Shown here: one piece after another, positions 16,844 through 25,870 of the stretch | Layout: each line of letters starts with the position of its first letter | Position numbering within the stretch: position 1 is the first letter of the stretch | Source: a virus | Taxonomy: Duplodnaviria > Caudoviricetes | Virus record (IMG/VR): IMGVR_UViG_3300038675_000799 | Span: 1 to 32,960 of that record | Strand: one strand, 5' to 3' | DNA length: 32,960 nt | Program-made: the position numbers and the translations under genes | Notes under the pieces: model-generated | What the model saw: the letters and a program-made list of their open reading frames with translations, nothing else | The model's database searches: none | Told to the model about the DNA's origin: nothing

Positions 16844-17368
16844 ATGAACCCGATCCTGATTCTCATGGCGGCACTGATCGTGTCGGCCATTGCCGCGCTG
16901 CTTTGGCGCAGCTCGCGGCCGACGACCCTGTCGATCGCCAACGACGCCCCCGGCGGCACCCGCCCGACCGGGCGCATCACGAAGACGATTGCCTCCGGCA
17001 ACACCATCCTCGAAGGCATGCTGCTCAAGCTCGTCTCCGGCGAGGTCGCCATCTGCGGGGCCAATGACGTGCCCTTCGGCGTGGCCGAAGACGATGGCGC
17101 CGCTGGCGACATCATCTCCGTGGCCATCCTGGGCGCGGCGACCGGAACGGTGCGTATGATCGCCTCTGAGGCCATCACCGCGCCGGCCATCCTGGTACCG
17201 ACCGCCAACGGAGAAGTCGCGGCGCTCGCCGCCGACGCCTCGCTCGTCAGCGAGACGCGCTACCACATCGTCGGCCACGCGGTCGAGGATGGCACCGAGG
17301 ACGAGACCTTCGAGGTCGCGCCCACCTTCGCGATCTACAACTACACCGAGGACACGGTTTCCACCTAG
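16844..17368 (+). CDS. Capsid decoration/cement protein (DUF2190-like) with N-terminal hydrophobic leader
   Basis: PFGVAEDDGAAGDIISVAILG...IVGHAVEDG; lies between scaffold and capsid genes. Confidence 0.75.
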   Translation: MNPILILMAALIVSAIAALLWRSSRPTTLSIANDAPGGTRPTGRITKTIASGNTILEGMLLKLVSGEVAICGANDVPFGVAEDDGAAGDIISVAILGAATGTVRMIASEAITAPAILVPTANGEVAALAADASLVSETRYHIVGHAVEDGTEDETFEVAPTFAIYNYTEDTVST

Positions 17369-17396
17369 TCCGCAACCCAAGAAAGAACACCCGACC

Positions 17397-18407
17397 ATGA
17401 AAATGGACAACATCTTCATCCTTGGCGCGAGCCAGGACATCCCGGTCGGCCGCATCGCGGTCGCCAACGAGACGCGCTCCGACAGCGCGACTCTCATCGA
17501 AGCGCTGACGGCCTATGCCGCCGGCTACAAGGACCCCGAGAACCTCGACGAAGTGCTGGAGTTCTTCGCTCCGGCGGTCCCCGTTTCCCGCCGGTTCGAG
17601 TACCGGGTCCATGGCGCGTTCGACGATCTCTACTCCGAAGACGCGGACGGCGACGTCCGGGCCATCGGGGCGGACTTCAAGGTCATCCGGACCAAGGGCT
17701 CGCTCGTGCAGGCCAAGACCGCCAACAAGGGCCTGACCGAAGCCATCGACCTCGACGAGATCGAGGACGATGTCGAAGGCCAGAAGCAGCTGAAGGTCGC
17801 GCGCCTCAAGCGCATCCTGGTCCGCACCGAGCTGATGCGCGCCATCGCGCTGCACCTCATCGCCGCGGGCGCCGCGAAGCAGAAGAACTGGGCCTCCACC
17901 GGCGACAAGACCGACCCGGACAGCGATGTCCTGGCGGCCATCGACGCCGTGCGCACCAGCGCCAATGGCGGGTTCTGCAACCGGGTGTCCTACACCGACA
18001 GCGCCTGGACGCGCCGCGTCCTGGGCCTGCGGGCGCTCAACACTCCCGGCGGTTATGCCAGCTCGGGGATGACTCCCGAGCAGGTCGCCGCCTTCCTTGG
18101 CGTCCAGGGCGTCAAGCGCTGCGAAGGCGTGTACTACAACAAGGCCGCCGATACCAAGCGCAGTGGGATCGGCAAGGCCAGCACCGCCGGCTATCTCGGC
18201 CGTGTGCTGGGCTTCTATGGCCAGTCCGGCATCAGCAAGGACGACATGAGCACCCTCAAGCGCTTCATTTCGGGCACCATCGACGGGTCCGCCTGGCGCG
18301 TCTATGAGGACCAGAAGAGCGCGAAGATCCTCCACCTGACTGTTGAGCACAACTCGCTCATCGCCACCACGCTGGCCGGCAGCAACTTCTCCCTGGAGGT
18401 GAAGTAG
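17397..18407 (+). CDS. Major capsid protein (336 aa)
   Basis: Size and position; LTAYAAGY...FFAPAVPV N-terminal pattern; strongly GC3-biased codons; followed by a hairpin. Confidence 0.8.
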   Translation: MKMDNIFILGASQDIPVGRIAVANETRSDSATLIEALTAYAAGYKDPENLDEVLEFFAPAVPVSRRFEYRVHGAFDDLYSEDADGDVRAIGADFKVIRTKGSLVQAKTANKGLTEAIDLDEIEDDVEGQKQLKVARLKRILVRTELMRAIALHLIAAGAAKQKNWASTGDKTDPDSDVLAAIDAVRTSANGGFCNRVSYTDSAWTRRVLGLRALNTPGGYASSGMTPEQVAAFLGVQGVKRCEGVYYNKAADTKRSGIGKASTAGYLGRVLGFYGQSGISKDDMSTLKRFISGTIDGSAWRVYEDQKSAKILHLTVEHNSLIATTLAGSNFSLEVK

Positions 18408-18423
18408 CTGATTGGCTGATGCC

Positions 18424-18457
18424 AGCCGGGGGCGGCCGAGCCGCCGCCCCCGGCTTT
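18424..18457 (+). terminator. Hairpin after the capsid gene (partial terminator or mRNA stabiliser)
   Basis: 12-bp perfect stem AGCCGGGGGCGG / CCGCCCCCGGCT with a short T tail. Confidence 0.6.
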
Positions 18458-18473
18458 ACCCGAGGAAAAAACC

Positions 18474-18920
18474 ATGGCCTGGAAAACCCTAGACGAAACA
18501 AGCGTTCTGAGCCGCCTGACGGATGCCGAGGTGTCCGCCCTGAAGACGGCCGCGACGCGCGCCGGCCAGCCCGACACCATCGCCGAAATCATCGGCCAGG
18601 TCGTCCAGGATTGGCGCGGTCTGCTGCGCCGTCACCATGTCCTGGCCGAAGGCTCCACCATTCCCTCCGAGATCGAGAGCCACGTCCTGGCCGAGATCCG
18701 CTACCGCCTGTTCACTCGCCTGCCCGGCATGAAGTCCCTCCTGGACGAGCGCCGCGTCGAAGAGTGGACCGAGGCCAACCGCACCAAGGGCCGACTCAAA
18801 AACTACGTCTTCGAGGACGCCATCGCCGCCGAGGCCACCGCCGCCATGCCCCAGGCCGGCATCGAGCTGACCAAGAGCGACAACCGAATTTTCACCCGCG
18901 AAAAACTCGCCGGACTTTAA
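18474..18920 (+). CDS. Head-tail connector (Mu gp36/DUF1320-like)
   Basis: 148 aa after the capsid gene; helical; IPSEIESHVLAEIRYRLFTR...RR; C-terminal FTREKLAGL. Confidence 0.75.
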   Translation: MAWKTLDETSVLSRLTDAEVSALKTAATRAGQPDTIAEIIGQVVQDWRGLLRRHHVLAEGSTIPSEIESHVLAEIRYRLFTRLPGMKSLLDERRVEEWTEANRTKGRLKNYVFEDAIAAEATAAMPQAGIELTKSDNRIFTREKLAGL

Positions 18921-18923
18921 CCC

Positions 18924-19763
18924 ATGACCCCCGGAGAATCCATCCTCGCCAAGGCCCTGATGCCCACCACGGCATCCAGCGCCGAGATCCGCGCCACCGT
19001 CGCCGCGCAGATCCGGGAGCGGTCGTTGTTCTCCGCCCGCACGCCCTCCGCCCGCTATCTCGCCAAGCTCCAGGAGATTCTCGCCCAGGTCGCGGACGGC
19101 CGAATGAACCAGGCCGCCGCCCGCAGCGCCCTGCGCGAGTTCGGCCGCGCCATCGGCTACACCCCAGAGGGCGGCTTCCCCGGCGAGGCCGCCACGCCCC
19201 CGGCCGAGGCCGGCGGCCTGCGCGATCTGCTCTCTCCCCGCCGCCTGCGCTTGGTGCTGGACACCAACCGCAAGCTCGGCAGCAGCGCCCGGCAGCAGAT
19301 GGACGGCGGCAGCGACTACGCCCTCTATGCCTATCCCGCCTGGAGCCTGGAGCGCCGCGCCAGCCGCCGCGCCCCTCGGATCGATTGGGCCGAGCGCTGG
19401 CGCGCCGCCGGCGAGGCCGTCGCCTGGCAGGGCGCCGCCAAGGGCACGTCCGGCGTGTTCGGCGGCGTCCGCATGGTTGCCCTCAAGAACTCGCCGATCT
19501 GGCAGGCCATCGGCGACGGCGCAGGCGGCTTCACCGACACCCTCGGCGTCGCCATGCCCCCGTTCGCCTACGGCTCCGGGTTGGGCTGGGTGCCCGTCAA
19601 GCGCGACGAGGCCGAAGCCCTTGGCCTGCTGCGCGACGGAGATCCCGGCGCCGCCGCCATGGACCTTTCGCCCACCCAGAAGGAGTGGGACGGCTTTTTC
19701 GACGCGCTGGGCGAAGGCGGCGTCGCCGATCTCGTCCGCAAGCTGGGAGGCTCCGCCGCATGA
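18924..19763 (+). CDS. Mu F (gp30)-like head morphogenesis protein
   Basis: RSLFSAR...RRLRLVLDTN...YPAW...PPFAYGSG. Confidence 0.75.
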   Translation: MTPGESILAKALMPTTASSAEIRATVAAQIRERSLFSARTPSARYLAKLQEILAQVADGRMNQAAARSALREFGRAIGYTPEGGFPGEAATPPAEAGGLRDLLSPRRLRLVLDTNRKLGSSARQQMDGGSDYALYAYPAWSLERRASRRAPRIDWAERWRAAGEAVAWQGAAKGTSGVFGGVRMVALKNSPIWQAIGDGAGGFTDTLGVAMPPFAYGSGLGWVPVKRDEAEALGLLRDGDPGAAAMDLSPTQKEWDGFFDALGEGGVADLVRKLGGSAA

Positions 19764-20383
19764 TCGCCCTCGAAACCACCGTCGATCTTGGCCAGTACGG
19801 CGTCACCGCCGCCGCGCTGCGCAACCTGTTTTCCCCCGCCGGCAGCCGCGAGATCAACGACTCCGCCGCCACCGAGGTCGCCGAGCTGGTCCGCAAGCAC
19901 ATCGCCGACTACGCCCGCACCGCCCACACCACCGCCGACACCATCGAGGGCGGACCCGCCACGCGCACCGGCCATCTGGAATGGCCCAACACCGATGTCG
20001 TCAAGGGCGACGTCACCGCCGAAGAGGCCACCGTTGAAATCGCCTCCCCCGGTTTTCGCCGCGCGCTCGGCCCGCTGCGCATCGTGCCGAAAACCAAGCC
20101 CAAGCTCACCGTCCCCGTCCACGCCATGACCTACGGCCGCACCGTCGCCGATCTCGTCGCCGATGGCGTCAGGGTCTTCCGCCCCCGCGGCCGCGACTTT
20201 CTCGCCACCACCAAGAAAACCGCCGATGGCGCAGCCCTCATCGTGCTCTACGCCCTCAAGGACGAAGTCACCCTCCGGCACCAGCCCGATCTGCTGCCCA
20301 AGGACCAGGCGTTCAAGGACTCCGCCCGCGACGGCGTGTTGAACCTGCTGCGCGCCAAGCTCGCCAGAAGGAGCGCCGCATGA
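19760..20383 (+). CDS. Virion morphogenesis / tail completion protein (Mu G-like)
   Basis: GGAGG RBS before ATG 19760; IVPKTKPKLTVPV...LYALKDEVT...LLP. Confidence 0.65.
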   Translation: MIALETTVDLGQYGVTAAALRNLFSPAGSREINDSAATEVAELVRKHIADYARTAHTTADTIEGGPATRTGHLEWPNTDVVKGDVTAEEATVEIASPGFRRALGPLRIVPKTKPKLTVPVHAMTYGRTVADLVADGVRVFRPRGRDFLATTKKTADGAALIVLYALKDEVTLRHQPDLLPKDQAFKDSARDGVLNLLRAKLARRSAA

Positions 20384-20823
20384 CGCCCGACCCCAACATC
20401 GACTTCATCACCGAGGGCGAGAAGCGCGTCCAGGCCGAGCTGCTATCCGGCAACTGGTTCCAGGGCGTCACCGTGCTCACCAACGCGAACGGCGACCTGG
20501 AGGCTTCTATCGACACAGCCCTGGCGGAACTCGGGCTCTTTGCCATCGTCCGCGTCTACGACGGGAAAATCCCGGAGCAGGGGACCTCCGAGCCCTGGGC
20601 CTGCGAAATTGTCGTCACCGAAAACGCCCTATTGAACCGCGGCAAAGGCAGCACCGGCAAGACCGCCCGCATGATGGTCCAGAAGATCATCGCCGCCCGC
20701 ACCGTCGCCGTCCACTTGGAGACCGCCAGGGAAATGCCGTCCGGCAGCCATGTCGTCTGGCAACTCAAAGGAACCGTCGAAGTCGCAATGGCCGGGGACC
20801 CGGCCACCACCACCACTGGATAA
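20380..20823 (+). CDS. Putative tail terminator protein
   Basis: 147 aa immediately before the tail tube gene; ATGA coupling. Confidence 0.5.
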   Translation: MTPDPNIDFITEGEKRVQAELLSGNWFQGVTVLTNANGDLEASIDTALAELGLFAIVRVYDGKIPEQGTSEPWACEIVVTENALLNRGKGSTGKTARMMVQKIIAARTVAVHLETAREMPSGSHVVWQLKGTVEVAMAGDPATTTTG

Positions 20824-20847
20824 CGCGAAGAAAGGAACGCAGCAGCC

Positions 20848-21810
20848 ATGGCAAGAACACGCGGATTGACCCTCAAAGGGCCGGCCATCATCACCCGGAA
20901 CAGCCTCGTTTACCGCACGGTCGGCGGAATCAAGATCAACCTCTCCCTGGGGACGTTCGAGATCCAGTCCGACGAAGCGCCCGTCATCGACGAGCGCCTC
21001 CAGAACATCCCCATTGAGATCGAGTTCACCCCGGTCGGCATCGTCACCGAGGCCATTCTCGGCGCGCTTTATGCGCCGCTGTCCATGGCGGTCGGCACCA
21101 GCCTGTTTGGCGAAACGGACATCCCGGCCGTCATCACGCCCCTCACGGGCAAGGAGCCGGTCACCTTCCATTGCACCGGCTTCACCGCCATGCCGGACAT
21201 CATCTGGTCCGCAACCAAGACCATGCTCGGCCCCTGCAAGCTCACCGCCATCCTCGCCAACGGCAAGGAGTGGAACGATCTCGCCGCGCGCATGACGGTT
21301 GGCGATGACGTGACCGCCCCGACGCTGGCCGAGATCGATCCCGCCACCATTCCGACGCACCCCGCCCGCGTCCGCTACGGCGAGGAGTCGCCCTGGGACG
21401 AGCTCGGCAACCGCTCCGGCGTCGTCGCCAGCTTCGCCCTCCAGGCCGACCCGGACGAGGAGGACGAGATGGGCGTCTTCGATTACATCCACGCCGGCGT
21501 GAAGGTCAACGTCAAGCTCAACCCGGTCGGCGTGAACGTCGCCCAAGTCCTCGCCGAAGTGCAGCTCCAGGGCGAAGGCGTCCGCCGCGGCATGTCCCTG
21601 GCATCCCGCGCCAAGGAGCTTGTTGTCGAGAGCGCCTACGCCGGCGGCATCGACCTGGAGATCCCCAAGGCGGTCCTCAAGCCCGGACAGATCATCTACG
21701 GCCGCGGGCAGGAGCGCTTCGGCGACATGGACTTCGCCGCCCTCCAGACCACCGGCGTCCCCGCCACCGTATCCATCCACGCCGACGAAGACACCAGCGG
21801 CAGCACCTGA
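20848..21810 (+). CDS. Putative major tail tube protein (320 aa)
   Basis: Position; beta-rich with two similar halves (IEIEFTPVGI / VNVKLNPVGV); no sheath gene seen. Confidence 0.65.
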   Translation: MARTRGLTLKGPAIITRNSLVYRTVGGIKINLSLGTFEIQSDEAPVIDERLQNIPIEIEFTPVGIVTEAILGALYAPLSMAVGTSLFGETDIPAVITPLTGKEPVTFHCTGFTAMPDIIWSATKTMLGPCKLTAILANGKEWNDLAARMTVGDDVTAPTLAEIDPATIPTHPARVRYGEESPWDELGNRSGVVASFALQADPDEEDEMGVFDYIHAGVKVNVKLNPVGVNVAQVLAEVQLQGEGVRRGMSLASRAKELVVESAYAGGIDLEIPKAVLKPGQIIYGRGQERFGDMDFAALQTTGVPATVSIHADEDTSGST

Positions 21811-21830
21811 TCCGCTGGCAGGAGGCAACG

Positions 21831-22808
21831 ATGGCCACCAAGATCACACTTCGGCCCGAGGGCGCCACCGACAGCAGCCAAGATGTGCCGCTGGCGGACG
21901 GCGCGGACCGCTCTGCGGACAACGTCCGCGGGCCGGCGTCCGGAACGGTCAACGTGGCCATCGGCGTGCAGCAGTTCAACGCCATCCGCGCGGAGAGTGC
22001 GAGTTTCTTCCCGCGCGGCAATCGGGCGGGAACCTACACGTTCGAGGCTTCCCGCCGTTTCGCCGCCATGGCCGACGCCGGCCGGTTTATGCTGACCCAC
22101 GGCATGACCGTCCCGGCGGCCGGGACGCTCATATTCGACTTTGGCGACACATCTGCCACGCCGACGCCTGGGAAGTATGTCGTGCTCTTTGGCTGCGCGA
22201 TTCGCCAGGTCGGCCTGCCGCGCCGCGTCGGCGTCCACATCGTGACGTCGTACACTGTTAATTTTTCCTCGGCCGCCGAGGTGGATGTGGAGGATCTGGC
22301 AGACGAGATCGAGACGCGCACGCCGAAAGGGATTGTGCAGCCCTCCACCATCAAAACCAACTGTGGCGGCACGTCGCTCAAGGGCACCGAGTGGACGGCC
22401 GACGACAACTACAACGCCGGCACCGTGGCGGGGGGGGCGTCCGACGAGGTGGAGCTGGCCGATGGCACACCGGCGGCGGTCTATGCGCGGTGGCGCGAGG
22501 GGGCAGAGGTGGTATACGAGATCGATCTGCCCGCCGGCGCCTATGACGTGCGCCTCCATTTCGTCGAGCTGGAGGAGGAGGCCGCCGCCGCCCGCGTCTT
22601 TGACATCACCGTCAACGAGTCCCTGGAGTTCGAGGATTTCGACATCTATGACCAGGTCGGCGCGGCCAAGGCCCTCGTCGCCGGCGTGGATGGTGTCGAA
22701 GTCACCGACACGCTGACCATCACGCTCACCGCCACCACCGGACTCGCACTGATCTGCGGGATCGAAGTGGTCCCCCACGCGGAATTTGAACTGCCGGAGG
22801 AAACATGA
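21831..22808 (+). CDS. Tail protein with C-terminal malectin carbohydrate-binding domain
   Basis: NCGG...WTADDNY...YEIDLPAGAYDVRLHFVEL...RVFDITVN...DFDIYDQVG...ALICGIEV. Confidence 0.85.
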   Translation: MATKITLRPEGATDSSQDVPLADGADRSADNVRGPASGTVNVAIGVQQFNAIRAESASFFPRGNRAGTYTFEASRRFAAMADAGRFMLTHGMTVPAAGTLIFDFGDTSATPTPGKYVVLFGCAIRQVGLPRRVGVHIVTSYTVNFSSAAEVDVEDLADEIETRTPKGIVQPSTIKTNCGGTSLKGTEWTADDNYNAGTVAGGASDEVELADGTPAAVYARWREGAEVVYEIDLPAGAYDVRLHFVELEEEAAAARVFDITVNESLEFEDFDIYDQVGAAKALVAGVDGVEVTDTLTITLTATTGLALICGIEVVPHAEFELPEET

Positions 22809-25800
22809 AACGCCTTTGCACAGCCCTTGCCCTGGCCTTGCTGGCCGGCTGCACCCCCGCCCTTGCCCAGGATCTCAACGTCCGCCAGTTCGACCGCACG
22901 GTGGACCCGCGTAACGTCACCACCACGGACAAGCTCACTTGGTACGCGGGAGAAAGCATCGAATACATCATCCGCAGCCGCCGCGGCCGCGAGGTTGTCG
23001 ACGTGCCGCCGGAGAGCACGGTGGTCTGGCGCGTGCGCCAAGACACCAACGACTACCTCGTGGCTGCCGGCGAGGTCGTCACCAACGGCACCGTGCGGTT
23101 CGCCGTCTCGGCCCCCGCCGCCAACCTCCCGGCTGGTGCTTATACATCCTGGGCGCAAGCCTACCAGGGCACCAACCTGGTCGGCGTCCTCGACCGCACC
23201 AGCGTCGAGGTCAAATGGCGTCCTGGCGACGACTACGCCATCGTGCCCCCGATCACCAACCTCTTTGACCAGGTCCTCGCCGCATGGAACACCGAATGCT
23301 CCGCCGCCCTGGCCGCCGCCTTGGCCGCCGTCGCCGGCGTCGAGAGCAACGTCACGGCCCTCGCCGAGACCGTCGGCGGCATCACCGCCGAAAGCCTCGG
23401 GGCGCTGACAGCCGAAACCGACCCCGCCTGGACCGCGGCATCGGGCTCCGTTGTCTATGCGACGACGCCCGGCTACACCGCCGCCGTCGAGCAGGCCGCC
23501 TCCGCCTATGGCTGGGGCGATCACTCCGCCGCCGGCTACCTCACAGAGGAGACCGACACCGCGGCCCTGTCCGCCGTCGCTGCCGTCAGCGGACGCGTTG
23601 ACACGGTGGAGGGCTGGGGCGATCACTCCGCCGCTGGCTACCTCACAGAGGAGACAGACGCCGCCGCGCTGTCCGCCATCGCCGCCGTCTCCGGCCGCGT
23701 GGACACGGTCGAGGGCTGGGGCGACCACGCGGAGGCGGGGTACCTGACCGCGGAGGCCGACGCCGCGGCGCTGGGTGTTATCGGCTCGGCCACCAACGCG
23801 CTTCTCGACCTCGCGGGGGCGCGGGCGATGACGGGGAATCTGAACATGGCTGACGGCAATATCACGAATGTAAACAACATCGACGTTGCCACGCTTTCGG
23901 AAGCCGGTTCTTTGTCTGGGATAGACATCGCGGATTCAGAGTTTACGGGACAGTGGAACTTTGCCGATCAACTGACCGTTCGCGGCTCGAAAATTCTGCT
24001 GGAATCTACGCTGATACAGCCGAGCTGGGTCACCTCATCCGCCGCGTACACTAACCCTATTTCCCTGCCACACCTGTTTACCACAAACCTCAGCTTTGTG
24101 GACACGGTCCCTCTGCCGGAGAGCGCCACCAGAGTCTTTATCACCACGACAAACGACGAGTCGCGCTCAAGCGGAAATCTGCGCCTGATGATTGGTGATG
24201 TCGAGCTGGCTTCCTATATGCCGGAGTGCGACGGCTCTACCCATCAACTGGACTTCTCGCAGGCACTCGTCCCCACTGGATCAAGCATCCGCGTTGTGTT
24301 TATGGAGTTGCCGAGCGCGTCTGGCGTTACCTCCGCACCGCCATCTATCACTGACATGCAAGTGTGGACAATGGCTGACCCGGCGCAGGTGGGACGGAGA
24401 TTGGACACAGCCAACTCAATCTATGAGGGAGATGATCCGTTATATCCTCGGCAATGGCTCAACCTCCGAAGCGGGGAGGCCCTGGCCGCCGCCGCCCTCG
24501 CCGCGGCGAACGCCGAAACTCACTACCGCACCGCGCCGACCGACCTACAGGGCCAGCCCGTCAGGTGGAATCCGCGCTTCGACACCGTCGCGGCCAGCAA
24601 CAGCCTGTCCACGCTTTATGGCGGATCGACCGCCCTGCGGCTGGACGGAGAGGGCGCGGCCGTCGTGCCGGAAATCCGGGCGTTCGCGGTCGAGTCCGGG
24701 GAAGTCGCCACGCTGACGGTGTGGAGCTATAGCGGCGGAGCGACCAATCTGGTGCCGGAAGTGACGACCAACCTTATAACGGGGATTTGGGAGCGTAAGC
24801 CTGAAAGCATCGTTTCGGCGACGAACATCGACGCCTTTACCGCGCAGGTCGTCTTCACTAACGATTTCGAGCGTCTTCTCTACGTGCGGCTGGTGGACGT
24901 TTCAGGCGGTACCGGCGTGCCGGTTCTCCGGGTGTTCGGCGGCATCGCGTTCGGCGACGGCGAGGCGATCACCGACTGGCCCCAAGGCACGATCCTCGGC
25001 GCGACGATCAACGGGCCGCATACCGTCGCCACCAACGACGGCATCCTTGAGTTCACCGTGGCCTCGGGCGGCGCCGGCTGGACGAACCTAGCCTTTTCCG
25101 GCACCGGCAACGCCATCACGGGTGCGACGGCGGCGGCGGACACGCTTACGCTGCAGCGCGGCGAAATTGAGGGCGGCACCCCCACCACCAACGCGCTTCT
25201 CGACCTCGCCGGGACGCGGGCGATGACGGGGCCGCTGAATATGAATAGCAACGCAATAACAAAAGTGTCCTATGTCACAGGAGATACCGGTAAGGGGCTG
25301 TTCTTCGACGATAACTCCCTTGATTTCTGGGATAGTTCGGCAATTTTCAACGCAGACGGCACCAACGTCTGGCAAGGCCGCGTGAACGACACCGAAGCCT
25401 CGCGCATCGCCGCGCTGGCCGAGGGTGCAGGCGGCGGCAACCTCATCGCCACCAACACGCCTACGGCTGGGCAAATGCTCTACGCTTCCGGGACAGACAA
25501 CTCCACGCTCTACTGGGCAGCGGCACCGGAAGGCAGCACCGGCACCGCCAGCGTAGGCGTCGAGGGCGATGTCCTGACGTACCCATTCGCTACCAACATC
25601 GCCCTGCTGGCCAGCACAAACCTCTGGCCCCAGCGAATCCTGGAAGTGACGAACGACTTCACTTTGCAAGTCCCGACGATGGCCGACACCAACGCTGCCG
25701 GAATCATCTGGCTGACCGTCCCGTCAATTAGCACCCACACCGCCACGATCCCAACCAGTTCCCCGGCAATCCTTGGCTATGTCCCCAGCCTGTCAACAAA

Positions 25801-25870
25801 CGCGGAGTCCGAGTTGCTTTTCCGTTGGACTCCGCAGGCCACCGGCTGGCGGATGTGGAGGTTCCGCTGA
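22805..25870 (+). CDS. Tail fibre/adhesin-like protein (1021 aa) with signal peptide/lipobox
   Basis: MKRLCTALALALLAGCTPALAQD; BppU-like N-terminal region; YLTxETD fibre-type repeats; two LDLAGxRAMTGxLNM repeats. Confidence 0.75.
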   Translation: MKRLCTALALALLAGCTPALAQDLNVRQFDRTVDPRNVTTTDKLTWYAGESIEYIIRSRRGREVVDVPPESTVVWRVRQDTNDYLVAAGEVVTNGTVRFAVSAPAANLPAGAYTSWAQAYQGTNLVGVLDRTSVEVKWRPGDDYAIVPPITNLFDQVLAAWNTECSAALAAALAAVAGVESNVTALAETVGGITAESLGALTAETDPAWTAASGSVVYATTPGYTAAVEQAASAYGWGDHSAAGYLTEETDTAALSAVAAVSGRVDTVEGWGDHSAAGYLTEETDAAALSAIAAVSGRVDTVEGWGDHAEAGYLTAEADAAALGVIGSATNALLDLAGARAMTGNLNMADGNITNVNNIDVATLSEAGSLSGIDIADSEFTGQWNFADQLTVRGSKILLESTLIQPSWVTSSAAYTNPISLPHLFTTNLSFVDTVPLPESATRVFITTTNDESRSSGNLRLMIGDVELASYMPECDGSTHQLDFSQALVPTGSSIRVVFMELPSASGVTSAPPSITDMQVWTMADPAQVGRRLDTANSIYEGDDPLYPRQWLNLRSGEALAAAALAAANAETHYRTAPTDLQGQPVRWNPRFDTVAASNSLSTLYGGSTALRLDGEGAAVVPEIRAFAVESGEVATLTVWSYSGGATNLVPEVTTNLITGIWERKPESIVSATNIDAFTAQVVFTNDFERLLYVRLVDVSGGTGVPVLRVFGGIAFGDGEAITDWPQGTILGATINGPHTVATNDGILEFTVASGGAGWTNLAFSGTGNAITGATAAADTLTLQRGEIEGGTPTTNALLDLAGTRAMTGPLNMNSNAITKVSYVTGDTGKGLFFDDNSLDFWDSSAIFNADGTNVWQGRVNDTEASRIAALAEGAGGGNLIATNTPTAGQMLYASGTDNSTLYWAAAPEGSTGTASVGVEGDVLTYPFATNIALLASTNLWPQRILEVTNDFTLQVPTMADTNAAGIIWLTVPSISTHTATIPTSSPAILGYVPSLSTNAESELLFRWTPQATGWRMWRFR
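23510..23773 (+). repeat. About 2.6 tandem copies of a 102-bp (34-aa) repeat, GWGDHSAAGYLTEETD...
   Basis: GGCTGGGGCGA units start at 23510, 23612 and 23714. Confidence 0.95.
23790..25231 (+). repeat. 47-bp direct repeat pair (23790-23836 and 25185-25231), 2 mismatches, in frame
   Basis: CCACCAACGCGCTTCTCGACCTCGCsGGGrCGCGGGCGATGACGGGG; copies 1395 bp apart. Confidence 0.9.

Noticed and set aside
15620-17497. 625-aa minus-strand ORF
   Set aside because: Antisense shadow of the protease, decoration and capsid genes.
18419-20383. 654-aa ORF as called in the track
   Set aside because: The first two-thirds is Arg/Pro-rich off-frame overlap of gp36-like and F-like genes; the real start is ATG 19760 with a GGAGG RBS.
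23510-23773. CRISPR-like array
   Set aside because: The repeats are in-frame coding units similar along their whole length, with no unique spacers.
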